Assembly (NCBI RefSeq): GCF_056746865.1
Contig: NZ_CM163382.1
DNA: 64,000 nt
Reading direction: 5' to 3' (one strand)
This document shows positions 38,936 through 50,299 of this stretch, in pieces; within the stretch, counting starts at the first letter, position 1; each line of letters starts with the position of its first letter. The translations under genes were made by a program, and so were the position numbers. The notes under the pieces are model-generated. The model saw nothing but the letters and a program-made list of their open reading frames with translations. It ran no database searches and was not told where the DNA came from.

Positions 38936-41900
38936 GTGACCTTCACCATGCCACAGGACGTTGCGGCAAACTTTACCCTCGAAAATAACGGCATTGCCAT
39001 CACCCAAGCCAATGGGGAAGCGCATGTCACGCTGAAAGGTAAAAAAGCGGGTACGCATACGGTTACCGCAACGCTGGGTAATAACAATACCAGTGATTCG
39101 CAGCCGGTAACGTTTGTGGCGGACAAAACCTCGGCTCAGGTTGTCCTGCAGATGTCAAAAGATGAGATCACAGGTAATGGCGTCGATAACGCAACGCTAA
39201 CTGCAACGGTTAAAGATCAGTTCGACAATGAGGTGAATAATCTTCCGGTAACATTCAGCTCAGCCTCTTCAGGACTCACCCTGACCCCGGGAGTAAGTAA
39301 TACCAATGAGTCTGGCATCGCGCAGGCCACTCTCGCAGGCGTTGCCTTTGGTGAGCAGACGGTCACTGCATCACTGGCTAATAATGGTGCCAGCGACAAC
39401 AAAACTGTGCATTTTATTGGCGACACAGCAGCGGCAAAAATTATCGAGTTGACGCCTGTCCCAGACAGCATAATCGCCGGTACCCCGCAGAACAGCTCCG
39501 GCAGCGTCATCACCGCCACAGTCGTTGATAATAATGGCTTTCCGGTGAAAGGTGTGACTGTGAACTTCACCAGCAGAACAAACTCTGCCGAAATGACGAA
39601 TGGCGGCCAAGCCGTAACGAACGAACAGGGTAAGGCTACCGTCACTTATACCAATACCCGCTCCTCGATAGAATCAGGAGCGAGACCGCATACCGTTGAG
39701 GCCAGTCTGGAAAATGGTAGCTCCACGCTTAGCACATCAATTAATGTCAACGCTGATGCGTCTACGGCACATCTCACCTTGCTACAGGCACTTTTTGATA
39801 CAGTCTCCGCAGGCGACACTACCAATCTGTATATTGAGGTGAAGGATAATTACGGCAACGGTGTACCCCAGCAGGAGGTAACCCTCAGAGTATCACCAAG
39901 TGAAGGCGTGACCCCCAGTAATAACGCTATATATACTACCAACCACGACGGCAATTTTTACGCAAGCTTTACCGCTACAAAAGCCGGGGTTTATCAAGTG
40001 ACGGCAACCCTCGAAAATGGCGATTCGATGCAACAAACAGTGACCTATGTGCCGAACGTAGCGAATGCTGAAATCACGCTGGCAGCCTCGAAGGATCCGG
40101 TGATTGCCGACAATAACGATATCACGACACTAACAGCAACAGTCGCTGATACAGAGGGCAATGCGATAGCCAACACTGAGGTAACATTTACTCTGCCGGA
40201 AGATGTGAGGGCGAACTTCACGCTGAGCGATGGCGGTAAAGCGGTTACTGATGCCGATGGCAAAGCGAAAGTCACGCTGAAAGGTACAAAAGCAGGCGCT
40301 CATACTGTTACAGCATCGATGGCTGGCGGTAAGAGTGAGCAGTTGGTGGTGAACTTTATTGCGGATACACTCACTGCGCAGGTTAATCTTAACGTTACCG
40401 AGGACAATTTTATCGCTAATAACGTCGGGATGACCAGGCTGCAGGCAACAGTGACTGATGGAAACGGCAACCCGTTAGCCAATGAGGCGGTGACATTCAC
40501 GCTACCGGCAGATGTGAGCGCAAGCTTTACTCTCGGACAAGGCGGTTCCGCCATTACTGATATCAACGGCAAGGCTGAAGTTACACTGAGCGGTACAAAA
40601 TCCGGCACCTACCCCGTGACAGTTAGCGTGAACAATTATGGTGTCAGTGATACGAAACAGGTGACTTTGATTGCCGATGCTGGTACCGCAAAACTAGCCT
40701 CATTAACCTCTGTATACTCTTTCGTCGTCAGCACGACCGAGGGCGCGACCATGACTGCAAGCGTCACTGACGCTAACGGCAACCCGGTAGAAGGCATAAA
40801 AGTTAATTTCCGCGGAACCTCCGTCACGCTAAGCAGCACCAGCGTTGAAACGGATGATCGGGGTTTCGCTGAAATTCTTGTGACAAGCACCGAGGTCGGA
40901 CTGAAAACAGTTTCAGCCTCTCTGGCAGATAAACCTACTGAAGTCATCTCGCGATTACTGAATGCAAAAGCAGATATTAATTCTGCAACGATTACCAGTC
41001 TGGAGATACCTGAAGGTCAGGTCATGGTCGCACAAGACGTAGCAGTTAAAGCTCACGTCAACGACCAGTTTGGCAATCCGATTCTTAATGAATCTGTAAC
41101 ATTCAGTGCAGAGCCACCAGAGCACATGACCATCAGCCAAAATATTGTCTCTACTGATACGCATGGTATAGCCGAGGTCACTATGACGCCCGAAAGAAAC
41201 GGTTCGTATATGGTGAAAGCATCCCTGGCGAATGGATCCTCTTATGAGAAGGATCTGGTGGTAATCGATTAAAAACTGACACTCTCGGCGTCCAGCCCGC
41301 TTATCGGTGTCAATTCCCCAACAGGTGCAACTCTGACGGCAACGCTAACTTCTGCAAATGGCACTCCAGTGGAGGGTCAGGTCATCAACTTTAGCGTAAC
41401 GCCAGAAGGTGCGACGTTAAGTGGCGGAAAAGTGGGAACCAACTCTTCAGGTCAGGCTCCAGTCGTTCTGACCAGCAATAAAGTCGGTACATATACGGTG
41501 ACTGCATCGTTCCATAACGGCGTAACAATACAGACACAGACAACCGTGAAAGTCACTGGCAACTCAAGCACCGCCCATGTTGCTAGCTTTATCGCTGATC
41601 CATCGACTATCGCCGCCACCAACAGTGATTTAAGTACCTTAAAGGCAACGGTTGAGGATGGCAGTGGTAACCTGATCGAAGGTCTCACTGTGTACTTCGC
41701 CTTAAAAAGCGGCTCTGCCACATTAACGTCATTAACAGCGGTGACAGATCAAAACGGAATCGCGACAACAAGCGTGAGAGGAGCGATAACGGGGAGCGTC
41801 ACGGTAAGCGCAGTCACGACCGCTGGTGGAATGCAAACAGTAGATATAACGCTGGTGGCAGGCCCGGCAGACGCCTCAAAGTCAGTCCTTAAGAACAATC

Positions 41901-42000
41901 GGTCATCATTGAAAGGAGACTTTACCGATAGTGCTGAGCTACATCTTGTTCTGCACGATATATCAGGCAATCCGATCAAAGTTTCTGAAGGGCTGGAATT
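38936..42000 (+). repeat. Tandem coding repeats of about 300 nt (bacterial Ig-like domains) within the yeeJ remnant
   Basis: Recurrent nucleotide and protein motifs (GTCACGCTGAAAGGTA..., TVTATL/TVTASM) at roughly 100-aa spacing. Confidence 0.6.
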
Positions 42001-42775
42001 TGTGCAATCAGGTACTAACGTGCCCTATATGAAAATTAGCGCAATTGATTACAGTCAAAATATCAACGGTGATTACAAAGCCACCATTACAGGCGGCGGA
42101 GAGGGTATCGCAACGCTGATCCCTGTATTGAATGGTGTTCATCAAGCTGGTCTGAGTACCACAATACAATTCACTCGCGCAGAAGACAAAATAATGAGCG
42201 GTACAGTATCAGTCAATGGTACTGACCTACCGACAACTACATTCCCTTCGCAGGGGTTCACCGGGGCGTATTATCAGTTGAATAATGACAACTTTGCCCC
42301 AGGAAAAACGGCGGCTGATTATGAGTTTTCAAGCTCTGCCTCCTGGGTCGATGTTGATGCTACCGGTAAAGTGACATTTAAAAATGTCGGCAGCAATTGG
42401 GAAAGGATTACGGCGACGCCAAAATCAGGAGGCCCTAGCTATGTATACGAAATCCGTGTGAAGAGTTGGTGGGTGAACTCCGGCGATGCTTTCATGATAT
42501 ACAGCCTTGCTGAAAATTTTTGCAGTAGCAATGGCTACACACTTCCCCGTGCAGACCATTTAAACCATAGTCGTTCCCGAGGCATCGGGTCACTGTACAG
42601 TGAATGGGGAGATATGGGGCATTACACGACTGAAGCTGGTTTTCAATCAAATATGTATTGGTCATCTAGTCCCGCAAACTCAAGCGAACAATACGTAGTT
42701 TCCCTGGCAACAGGTGATCAAAGCGTATTTGAAAAGCTTGGGTTTGCTTATGCGACATGTGATAAAAACCTGTGA
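38936..42775 (+). pseudogene. yeeJ: 3' portion of an inverse-autotransporter adhesin gene (yeeJ-like; Big_1 Ig-like repeats and C-terminal lectin-like domain), 5' half absent, with in-frame TAA at 41270..41272
   Basis: ORFs 38936..41272 and 41369..42775 share one frame, separated by one TAA; repeated VTFTLP...FTL...G.A.VTLKG.KAG.HTVTA units; homology begins abruptly at about 38924 with no signal peptide or beta-barrel region. Confidence 0.8.
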
Positions 42776-42796
42776 TTTTCCGTTATAATTTCTTAA

Positions 42797-42826
42797 AGAG
42801 TGCTCCATTCGGAGCACTCTTTTTTA
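42797..42826. terminator. Bidirectional rho-independent terminator between yeeJ and yeeL
   Basis: GAGTGCTCC-ATTC-GGAGCACTC hairpin followed by TTTTTT. Confidence 0.75.
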
Positions 42827-43036
42827 CATTCCCTCTATAGAGCTTGCCCTTCTCTCACAGAAAATGAATAAATAAAACTGCTGCACCGCAAGAATCGCGT
42901 TCGATGTGACTATGATCGTATCCGGTGAGTACAGCTTTGATCCAAAGGCTGGTTTTCTGTGATGATTGACCAGCCTCAGAGTATTGATGACACCACCGTT
43001 CATAACAGATCGGCATTACTATGCATAAGTACTGTC

Positions 43037-43191
43037 TCATATTCTCGCCAAAACACTTTTTAATGCCTTTGCGAATTCATCCAGACTTATATTGTCAATT
43101 TTTTGCCCAACGACGACTGACTCCGAAACATCGGCCATTGCGGGCCATCGCGTTTTGTAATCAGCATAAATTGCAACAACGGGAGTATTAT
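43037..43191 (-). pseudogene. yeeL: Displaced 3' end of yeeL (about 51 codons) left of the IS2 insertion
   Basis: Minus-strand frame continues the yeeL frame once IS2 plus one 5-bp duplication (1336 bp) is removed. Confidence 0.55.
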
Positions 43192-43202
43192 TGGATTTGC
43201 CC

Positions 43203-44108
43203 CTATATTTCCAGACACCTGTTATCACTTAACCCATTACTGGCCCGCTGCCGTAGATATTCCCGTGGCGAGCGATAACCCAGTGCACTATGCGGATGCC
43301 ATTCGTTATAATGCTCGAACGCCTCTGCAAGGTTCTTTGCTGCCGTTAACCCGTCTGGTTTAGGCATGATACTGATGTAGTCACGCTTTATCGTTTTCAC
43401 GAAGCTCTCTGCTATGCCGTTACTCTCCGGACTCCGCACCGCCGTGTTCTTCGGTTCAAGCCCCAACATCCGGGCAAACTGCCGTGTTTCATTAGCCCGG
43501 TAGCATGAACCATTATCCGTCAGCCACTCTACTGGAGACGCCGGAAGCTCGTTGCCGAAGCGGCGTTCCACCGCTCCCAGCATTACGTCCTGTACTGTTT
43601 CACTGTCGAAGCCGCCCGTAGTGACTGCCCAGTGCAGTGCCTCACGGTCACAGCAGTCCAGCGCGAACGTGACTCGCAGTTTTTCTCCGTTATCACAGCG
43701 GAACTCGAACCCGTCAGAGCACCATCGTTGATTGCTTTCTTTCACGGCCACTTTGCCAGTATGTGCCCGTTTCGATGGCGGTACAGCGGTTTTTCGCTCA
43801 AGCAACAGCGCATTCTGGCGCATGATCCGGTAAACACGTTTGGCATTGATCGCAGGCATACCATCAAGTTCGGCCTGTCTGCGAAGCAGCGCCCATACCC
43901 GACGATAACCATACGTGGGCAGCTCTCCGATAACATGGTGTATACGGAGAAGCACATCCGTATCATCTGAGTGACGGCTGCGGCGACCATCTTTCCAGTC
44001 ATCGGTTCGTCTGAGAATGACGTGCAACTGCGCACGCGACACCCGGAGACAACGGCTGACTAAGCTTACTCCCCATCCCCGGGCAATAAGGGCGCGTGCG
44101 CTATCCAC
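43203..44108 (-). CDS. insD: IS2 transposase OrfB (InsD)
   Basis: 301-aa ORF with DDE-transposase sequence. Confidence 0.93.
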
Positions 44109-44431
44109 TTTTTTGCACGCCCGTATTCAACGGCTTCTTTAAGGAGTTCATTTTCCATCGTTTTTTTGCCGAGCAGGCGCTGGAGTTCTTTAATCTGCTT
44201 CATGGCAGCAGCAAGTTCAGAGGCAGGAACGACCTGCTCTCCTGCGGCCACAGCAGTAAGACTTCCCTCCTGGTATTGCTTGCGCCAGAGAAATAACTGG
44301 CTGGCTGCCACACCGTGTTGCCGGGCAACAAGGGAGACCGTCATTCCCGGTTCAAAACTCTGCTGAACAATAGCGATCTTTTCCTGTGTAGTACGCCGTC
44401 TGCGTTTCTCCGGTCCTAAGACATCAATCAT
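44066..44431 (-). CDS. insC: IS2 OrfA (InsC)
   Basis: 121-aa product from [18 protein letters not shown]; overlaps insD for -1 frameshifting. Confidence 0.93.
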
Positions 44432-44522
44432 CTGCTCTCCAATGACTAGTCTAAAAACTAGTATTAAGACTATCACTTATTTAAGTGATATTGGTTGTCT
44501 GGAGATTCAGGGGGCCAGTCTA

Positions 44523-45488
44523 ATTATAGGCACTTGCCATATGTAATATTGAGGTGTCAGGAGTTATTGCGATATAAGCATCTTTTATGATTGCTGCTGA
44601 ACGTTTAATCGAGGGTGATAAGGATAAACGGTAGACATTATTATAACAATCCACTAATACCCTGGCTTTATCTTCCCCTTTTGGTCCATGAACGATCACT
44701 ATTGGTATATCTGTTTCACTTTGAATTTTTGCTATTAGATTTTCTGCAATCGATAATGAAAATGTACGTTCCTGCGAGCTACCTTCTAAATTAAGCGCAA
44801 TGTAAGATCCTAACGATCGCATTTCCTCGCGCACCTCATCGAGTACATCCTCACTTAGTGGCAATTCATATATTGGCCTGACTGCTGGAAAACCCGCCTC
44901 ACGCATCATAAATGCCCATGTCATGGGTACAGGAGCCCGGAGATTCTGATCCATCCGGGACGCGTTCTTGCACAAAGGGGAGTAGCACTTCATGGTTAAA
45001 CCAACAACCTGAAAATTCGTTTTTGCTTTTAACTGACTGATAAATATCATCGTTTTCAGGTTCTTTTTACGCATCGCCTCTATACAAAGATCCGGCGTAC
45101 CGTATTGCTGTGTTATGTTCTTTGCTAAATCTTTTATTTCTTTTAATGTTGCGTGATCCTGCATAGTCATTGTGACTAATGTTAATTTAGTCTTTTCAAG
45201 TTTAAGTGCATTAAACACTTCTAAATTAATTGTCGACGTAACAATTAAAAGATGCTTAATTTTATGCAATTCAAGCGCCCGAATAACAGGAAAGATGGCC
45301 ATAGCATCGCCAATCTGGTCGGGAATATGGATAACAACAAACTCTGTTTTTTCAATATTAAAATTATAAGCTTTATAATCGTAGTAACTAAATGCAATAC
45401 GTCTCAACAATGATGCTAAAAACATACCTAACCTCGCCTCCCTACTGGTTATAATGCATTGCAGTCTATCAGACTCATCATGGCGCAA
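44523..45488 (-). pseudogene. yeeL: yeeL, uncharacterised putative transferase, 3' end disrupted by IS2
   Basis: 322-aa ORF whose apparent stop codon lies inside the IS2 terminus. Confidence 0.7.
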
Positions 45489-45739
45489 TTTTGTGCATAT
45501 GCGGACTTTTATGTTTCATATCTCGAACCTGTGGGTCCTCTGCTTAATCCTTAAACAACACCAGCAACTCCTGCGCTTTCATCTTCCAGCGAATTTTTCA
45601 TGTTGCCGTTAATCGGCCATAAAATCATTTGCAGATGCGCTCTGTCGAGGTAGTCTCATAAGGTTCGTTTATAGATCGACGGCAATGTGAGTTACCTTTT
45701 CCATACTAATTATAAAAAGACAGTACAAACAGGATCATT

Positions 45740-47056
45740 ATGGACTCCACGCTCATCTCCACTCGTCCCGATGAAGGGACGCTTTCGTTAAGTCGCGCCC
45801 GACGAGCTGCGTTAGGCAGTTTCGCTGGTGCCGTCGTCGACTGGTATGATTTTTTACTCTATGGCATTACCGCCGCACTGGTGTTTAATCGCGAGTTTTT
45901 CCCGCAAGTAAGCCCGGCGATGGGAACGCTCGCCGCATTTGCCACCTTTGGCGTCGGATTCCTTTTCCGTCCGCTCGGCGGTGTCATTTTCGGTCACTTT
46001 GGCGACCGACTGGGACGTAAGCGCATGTTAATGCTGACCGTCTGGATGATGGGCATCGCGACAGCCTTGATTGGTATTCTTCCTTCCTTCTCGACCATTG
46101 GGTGGTGGGCACCTATTTTACTGGTGACGCTGCGTGCCATTCAGGGATTTGCCGTCGGCGGCGAATGGGGAGGCGCGGCGTTGCTTTCCGTTGAAAGTGC
46201 ACCGAAAAATAAAAAAGCCTTTTACAGTAGCGGTGTACAAGTTGGCTACGGTGTAGGTTTACTGCTTTCAACCGGACTGGTTTCATTGATCAGTATGATG
46301 ACGACTGACGAACAGTTTTTAAGCTGGGGCTGGCGCATTCCTTTCCTGTTTAGCATCGTACTGGTACTGGGAGCATTGTGGGTGCGCAATGGCATGGAGG
46401 AGTCCGCGGAATTTGAACAACAGCAACATTATCAAGCTGCCGCGAAAAAACGCATCCCGGTTATCGAAGCGCTGTTACGACATCCCGGTGCTTTCCTGAA
46501 GATTATTGCGCTACGACTGTGCGAATTGCTGACGATGTACATCGTTACTGCCTACGCACTTAATTATTCAACCCAGAATATGGGGTTACCGCGCGAACTT
46601 TTCCTCAATATTGGTTTGCTGGTAGGTGGATTAAGCTGCCTGACAATTCCCTGTTTTGCCTGGCTTGCCGATCGTTTTGGTCGCCGCAGGGTTTATATCA
46701 CAGGCGCGTTAATCGGAACGTTGAGCGCATTTCCTTTCTTTATGGCGCTTGAAGCACAATCTATTTTCTGGATAGTTTTCTTCTCCATAATGCTGGCAAA
46801 CATTGCGCATGACATGGTGGTGTGTGTGCAACAACCGATGTTTACCGAAATGTTTGGTGCCAGTTATCGCTATAGTGGCGTTGGAGTCGGTTATCAGGTT
46901 GCCAGTGTGGTTGGCGGTGGATTTACACCTTTTATTGCCGCTGCACTCATCACTTACTTTGCCGGGAACTGGCATAGCGTCGCCATTTATTTGCTGGCTG
47001 GATGCCTGATTTCCGCAATGACCGCTTTGTTGATGAAAGACAGTCAACGCGCTTGA
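45740..47056 (+). CDS. shiA: Shikimate:H+ symporter ShiA (MFS)
   Basis: 438-aa 12-TM ORF. Confidence 0.93.
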   Translation: MDSTLISTRPDEGTLSLSRARRAALGSFAGAVVDWYDFLLYGITAALVFNREFFPQVSPAMGTLAAFATFGVGFLFRPLGGVIFGHFGDRLGRKRMLMLTVWMMGIATALIGILPSFSTIGWWAPILLVTLRAIQGFAVGGEWGGAALLSVESAPKNKKAFYSSGVQVGYGVGLLLSTGLVSLISMMTTDEQFLSWGWRIPFLFSIVLVLGALWVRNGMEESAEFEQQQHYQAAAKKRIPVIEALLRHPGAFLKIIALRLCELLTMYIVTAYALNYSTQNMGLPRELFLNIGLLVGGLSCLTIPCFAWLADRFGRRRVYITGALIGTLSAFPFFMALEAQSIFWIVFFSIMLANIAHDMVVCVQQPMFTEMFGASYRYSGVGVGYQVASVVGGGFTPFIAAALITYFAGNWHSVAIYLLAGCLISAMTALLMKDSQRA

Positions 47057-47157
47057 TAGCCTGGCGAAGATCATCCGATCTTCGCCTTACACTTTTGTTT
47101 CACATTTCTGTGACATACTATCGGATGTGCGGTAATTGTATGGAACAGGAGACACAC

Positions 47158-48612
47158 ATGAATAATAAGGGCTCCGGTCTGACCCCAGCTCAGGCACTGG
47201 ATAAACTCGACGCGCTGTATGAGCAATCTGTAGTCGCATTACGCAACGCCATTGGCAACTATATTACAAGTGGCGAATTACCTGATGAAAACGCCCGCAA
47301 ACAAGGTCTTTTTGTCTATCCATCACTGACCGTAACCTGGGACGGTAGCACAACCAATCCCCCCAAAACGCGCGCATTTGGTCGCTTTACCCACGCAGGC
47401 AGCTACACCACCACGATTACTCGCCCTACTCTCTTTCGTTCGTATCTTAATGAACAACTTACGTTGCTGTATCAGGATTATGGTGCGCATATCTCAGTGC
47501 AACCCTCGCAGCATGAAATCCCTTATCCTTATGTCATCGATGGCTCTGAATTGACACTTGATCGCTCAATGAGCGCTGGGTTAACTCGCTACTTCCCGAC
47601 AACAGAACTGGCGCAAATTGGCGATGAAACTGCAGACGGCATTTATCATCCAACTGAATTCTCCCCGCTATCGCATTTTGATGCGCGCCGCGTCGATTTT
47701 TCCCTCGCACGGTTGCGCCATTATACCGGTACGCCAGTTGAACATTTTCAGCCGTTCGTCTTGTTTACCAACTACACACGTTATGTGGATGAATTCGTTC
47801 GTTGGGGATGCAGCCAGATCCTCGATCCTGATAGTCCCTACATTGCCCTTTCTTGTGCTGGCGGGAACTGGATCACCGCCGAAACCGAAGCGCCAGAAGA
47901 AGCCATTTCCGACCTTGCATGGAAAAAACATCAGATGCCAGCATGGCATTTAATTACCGCCGATGGTCAGGGTATTACTCTGGTGAATATTGGCGTGGGA
48001 CCATCCAATGCTAAAACCATCTGCGATCATCTGGCAGTGCTACGCCCGGATGTCTGGTTGATGATTGGTCACTGTGGCGGATTACGTGAAAGTCAGGCCA
48101 TTGGCGATTATGTACTTGCACACGCTTATTTACGCGATGACCACGTTCTTGATGCGGTTCTGCCGCCCGATATTCCTATTCCGAGCATTGCTGAAGTGCA
48201 ACGTGCGCTTTATGACGCCACCAAGCTGGTGAGTGGCAGGCCCGGTGAGGAAGTCAAACAGCGGCTACGTACAGGTACTGTGGTAACCACAGATGACAGG
48301 AACTGGGAATTACGTTACTCAGCTTCTGCACTTCGTTTTAACTTAAGCCGGGCCGTAGCAATTGATATGGAAAGTGCAACCATTGCCGCGCAAGGATATC
48401 GTTTCCGCGTGCCATACGGGACACTACTGTGTGTTTCAGATAAACCGTTGCATGGCGAGATTAAACTTCCCGGTCAGGCTAACCGTTTTTATGAAGGTGC
48501 TATTTCCGAACACCTGCAAATTGGCATTCGGGCGATCGATTTGCTGCGCGCAGAAGGCGACCGACTGCATTCGCGTAAATTACGAACCTTTAATGAGCCG
48601 CCGTTCCGATAA
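47158..48612 (+). CDS. amn: AMP nucleosidase Amn
   Basis: 484-aa product from MNNKGSGLTPAQALDKL (ATG 47158). Confidence 0.93.
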   Translation: MNNKGSGLTPAQALDKLDALYEQSVVALRNAIGNYITSGELPDENARKQGLFVYPSLTVTWDGSTTNPPKTRAFGRFTHAGSYTTTITRPTLFRSYLNEQLTLLYQDYGAHISVQPSQHEIPYPYVIDGSELTLDRSMSAGLTRYFPTTELAQIGDETADGIYHPTEFSPLSHFDARRVDFSLARLRHYTGTPVEHFQPFVLFTNYTRYVDEFVRWGCSQILDPDSPYIALSCAGGNWITAETEAPEEAISDLAWKKHQMPAWHLITADGQGITLVNIGVGPSNAKTICDHLAVLRPDVWLMIGHCGGLRESQAIGDYVLAHAYLRDDHVLDAVLPPDIPIPSIAEVQRALYDATKLVSGRPGEEVKQRLRTGTVVTTDDRNWELRYSASALRFNLSRAVAIDMESATIAAQGYRFRVPYGTLLCVSDKPLHGEIKLPGQANRFYEGAISEHLQIGIRAIDLLRAEGDRLHSRKLRTFNEPPFR

Positions 48613-48954
48613 TAAGTTCTGAACCTTCTCATCAGAAATAGATGTGAAGGATTAAGTAAGACATCTGGCAAATAGCCTGCAATCAACGCGGGCTGTTTGC
48701 TTCCTTGGGCAGATGCGAGTTTCATTATCGTCTTAATGATTTCCGCATATTAAAAGCATGTATGCTTTCAAAATATAATTATAAAAAATCCCGCCAACAA
48801 CATTAGTTTTTATAAAACAAAATATAAGATTATGGCTTTAGAATATTTTTATTTCTAATAGACGAGATTTTTCCTGTTATGATATAATATGCTGATTTAA
48901 CACATGTTAACGATTTACCAGTAATGTAAATAAATTTTCGAGGAGATCATTCCA

Positions 48955-49671
48955 GTGGGACGTAAATGGGCCAATATTGTTGCTAAAAAAACGGCTAAAG
49001 ACGGTGCAACGTCTAAAATTTATGCAAAATTCGGTGTAGAAATCTATGCTGCTGCTAAACAAGGTGAACCCGATCCAGAATTAAACACATCTTTAAAATT
49101 CGTTATTGAACGTGCAAAGCAGGCACAAGTTCCAAAGCACGTTATTGATAAAGCAATTGATAAAGCCAAAGGCGGCGGAGATGAAACGTTCGTGCAGGGC
49201 CGTTATGAAGGCTTTGGTCCTAATGGCTCAATGATTATCGCCGAGACATTGACTTCAAATGTTAACCGTACGATTGCTAACGTTCGCACAATTTTCAATA
49301 AAAAAGGCGGCAATATCGGAGCGGCAGGTTCTGTCAGCTATATGTTTGACAATACGGGTGTGATTGTATTTAAAGGATCAGACCCTGACCATATTTTTGA
49401 AATTTTACTTGAAGCTGAAGTTGATGTTCGTGATGTGACTGAAGAAGAAGGTAACATTGCTATTTATACCGAACCTACTGACCTTCATAAAGGAATCGCG
49501 GCTCTAAAAGCAGCTGGAATCACTGAGTTCTCAACAACAGAATTAGAAATGATTGCGCAATCTGAAGTTGAGCTTTCCCCAGAAGATTTAGAAATCTTTG
49601 AAGGGCTTGTTGATGCCCTTGAAGATGACGACGATGTACAAAAAGTTTATCATAACGTCGCAAATCTCTAA
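48955..49671 (+). CDS. yeeN: YebC/PmpR-family transcriptional regulator YeeN
   Basis: 238-aa ORF, apparent GTG start. Confidence 0.9.
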   Translation: MGRKWANIVAKKTAKDGATSKIYAKFGVEIYAAAKQGEPDPELNTSLKFVIERAKQAQVPKHVIDKAIDKAKGGGDETFVQGRYEGFGPNGSMIIAETLTSNVNRTIANVRTIFNKKGGNIGAAGSVSYMFDNTGVIVFKGSDPDHIFEILLEAEVDVRDVTEEEGNIAIYTEPTDLHKGIAALKAAGITEFSTTELEMIAQSEVELSPEDLEIFEGLVDALEDDDDVQKVYHNVANL

Positions 49672-49681
49672 TTATATTTTA

Positions 49682-49712
49682 AAGAAATCTGTCTTTACGG
49701 CAGATTTCTTTA
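49682..49712 (+). terminator. Rho-independent terminator after yeeN
   Basis: AGAAATCTG...CAGATTTCT hairpin followed by TTAAT. Confidence 0.6.
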
Positions 49713-50123
49713 ATCTCATATAACCCTTATAAAAAATATAATGTTCAACTCGTCATATTGATTATAAAAAATCCCCGTTCCCAGAGAAATAATATTTATT
49801 AAAATTCCAGTTCTTCTTTTTCTGATTACAGAAGGCAAAGTGGCAATTACGCATAGTTTCCCGATAAAGACGCGATAGCGACATCCCGCATAAGGCATTT
49901 TTCTCTTTATCTTTGTACGGTACTTCATGGAACAGAGTTTTTGACCTTGCGAATCGTGATGTCTGTTGGGGGGCAACTTGCTCACTGAAGCGTGAGACTC
50001 GATTAAGCGCACGAAACACAGAAATCAAAAAAACCGGTCACTTTTTTACAAGGTAACCGGGTAAAAATAATTTTTATTTTTTAACTGTTTTGAGACTCAT
50101 AGAGATGTCTCAAAACTAAAATT

Positions 50124-50199
50124 TGGCTCCTCTGACTGGACTCGAACCAGTGACATACGGATTAACAGTCCGCCGTTCTACCGACTGAACTACAGAGGA
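50124..50199 (-). tRNA. asnW: tRNA-Asn (asnW)
   Basis: Reverse complement identical to the asnT sequence. Confidence 0.95.
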
Positions 50200-50299
50200 A
50201 TCGTGAGAACGAGGCGAATATTAGCGATGCCCACCCACAATGTCAAAGCCTGTTTTTTAAATTTGAAATCGTTTGCTGAAATAATCTGCATTTTGTCGT

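Larger units (their letters stand above)
43192..44522 (-). mobile_element. IS2 insertion sequence (IS3 family), 1331 bp, with 5-bp target-site duplication ATTAT
   Basis: Ends TGGATTTGCCCCTAT... and ...CAGGGGGCCAGTCTA match the IS2 termini; ATTAT at 43187..43191 and 44523..44527. Confidence 0.95.

Noticed and set aside
39217-41164. Minus-strand ORFs of 69 to 142 aa inside the yeeJ remnant
   Set aside because: Antisense shadow frames of repetitive Ig-domain coding sequence.
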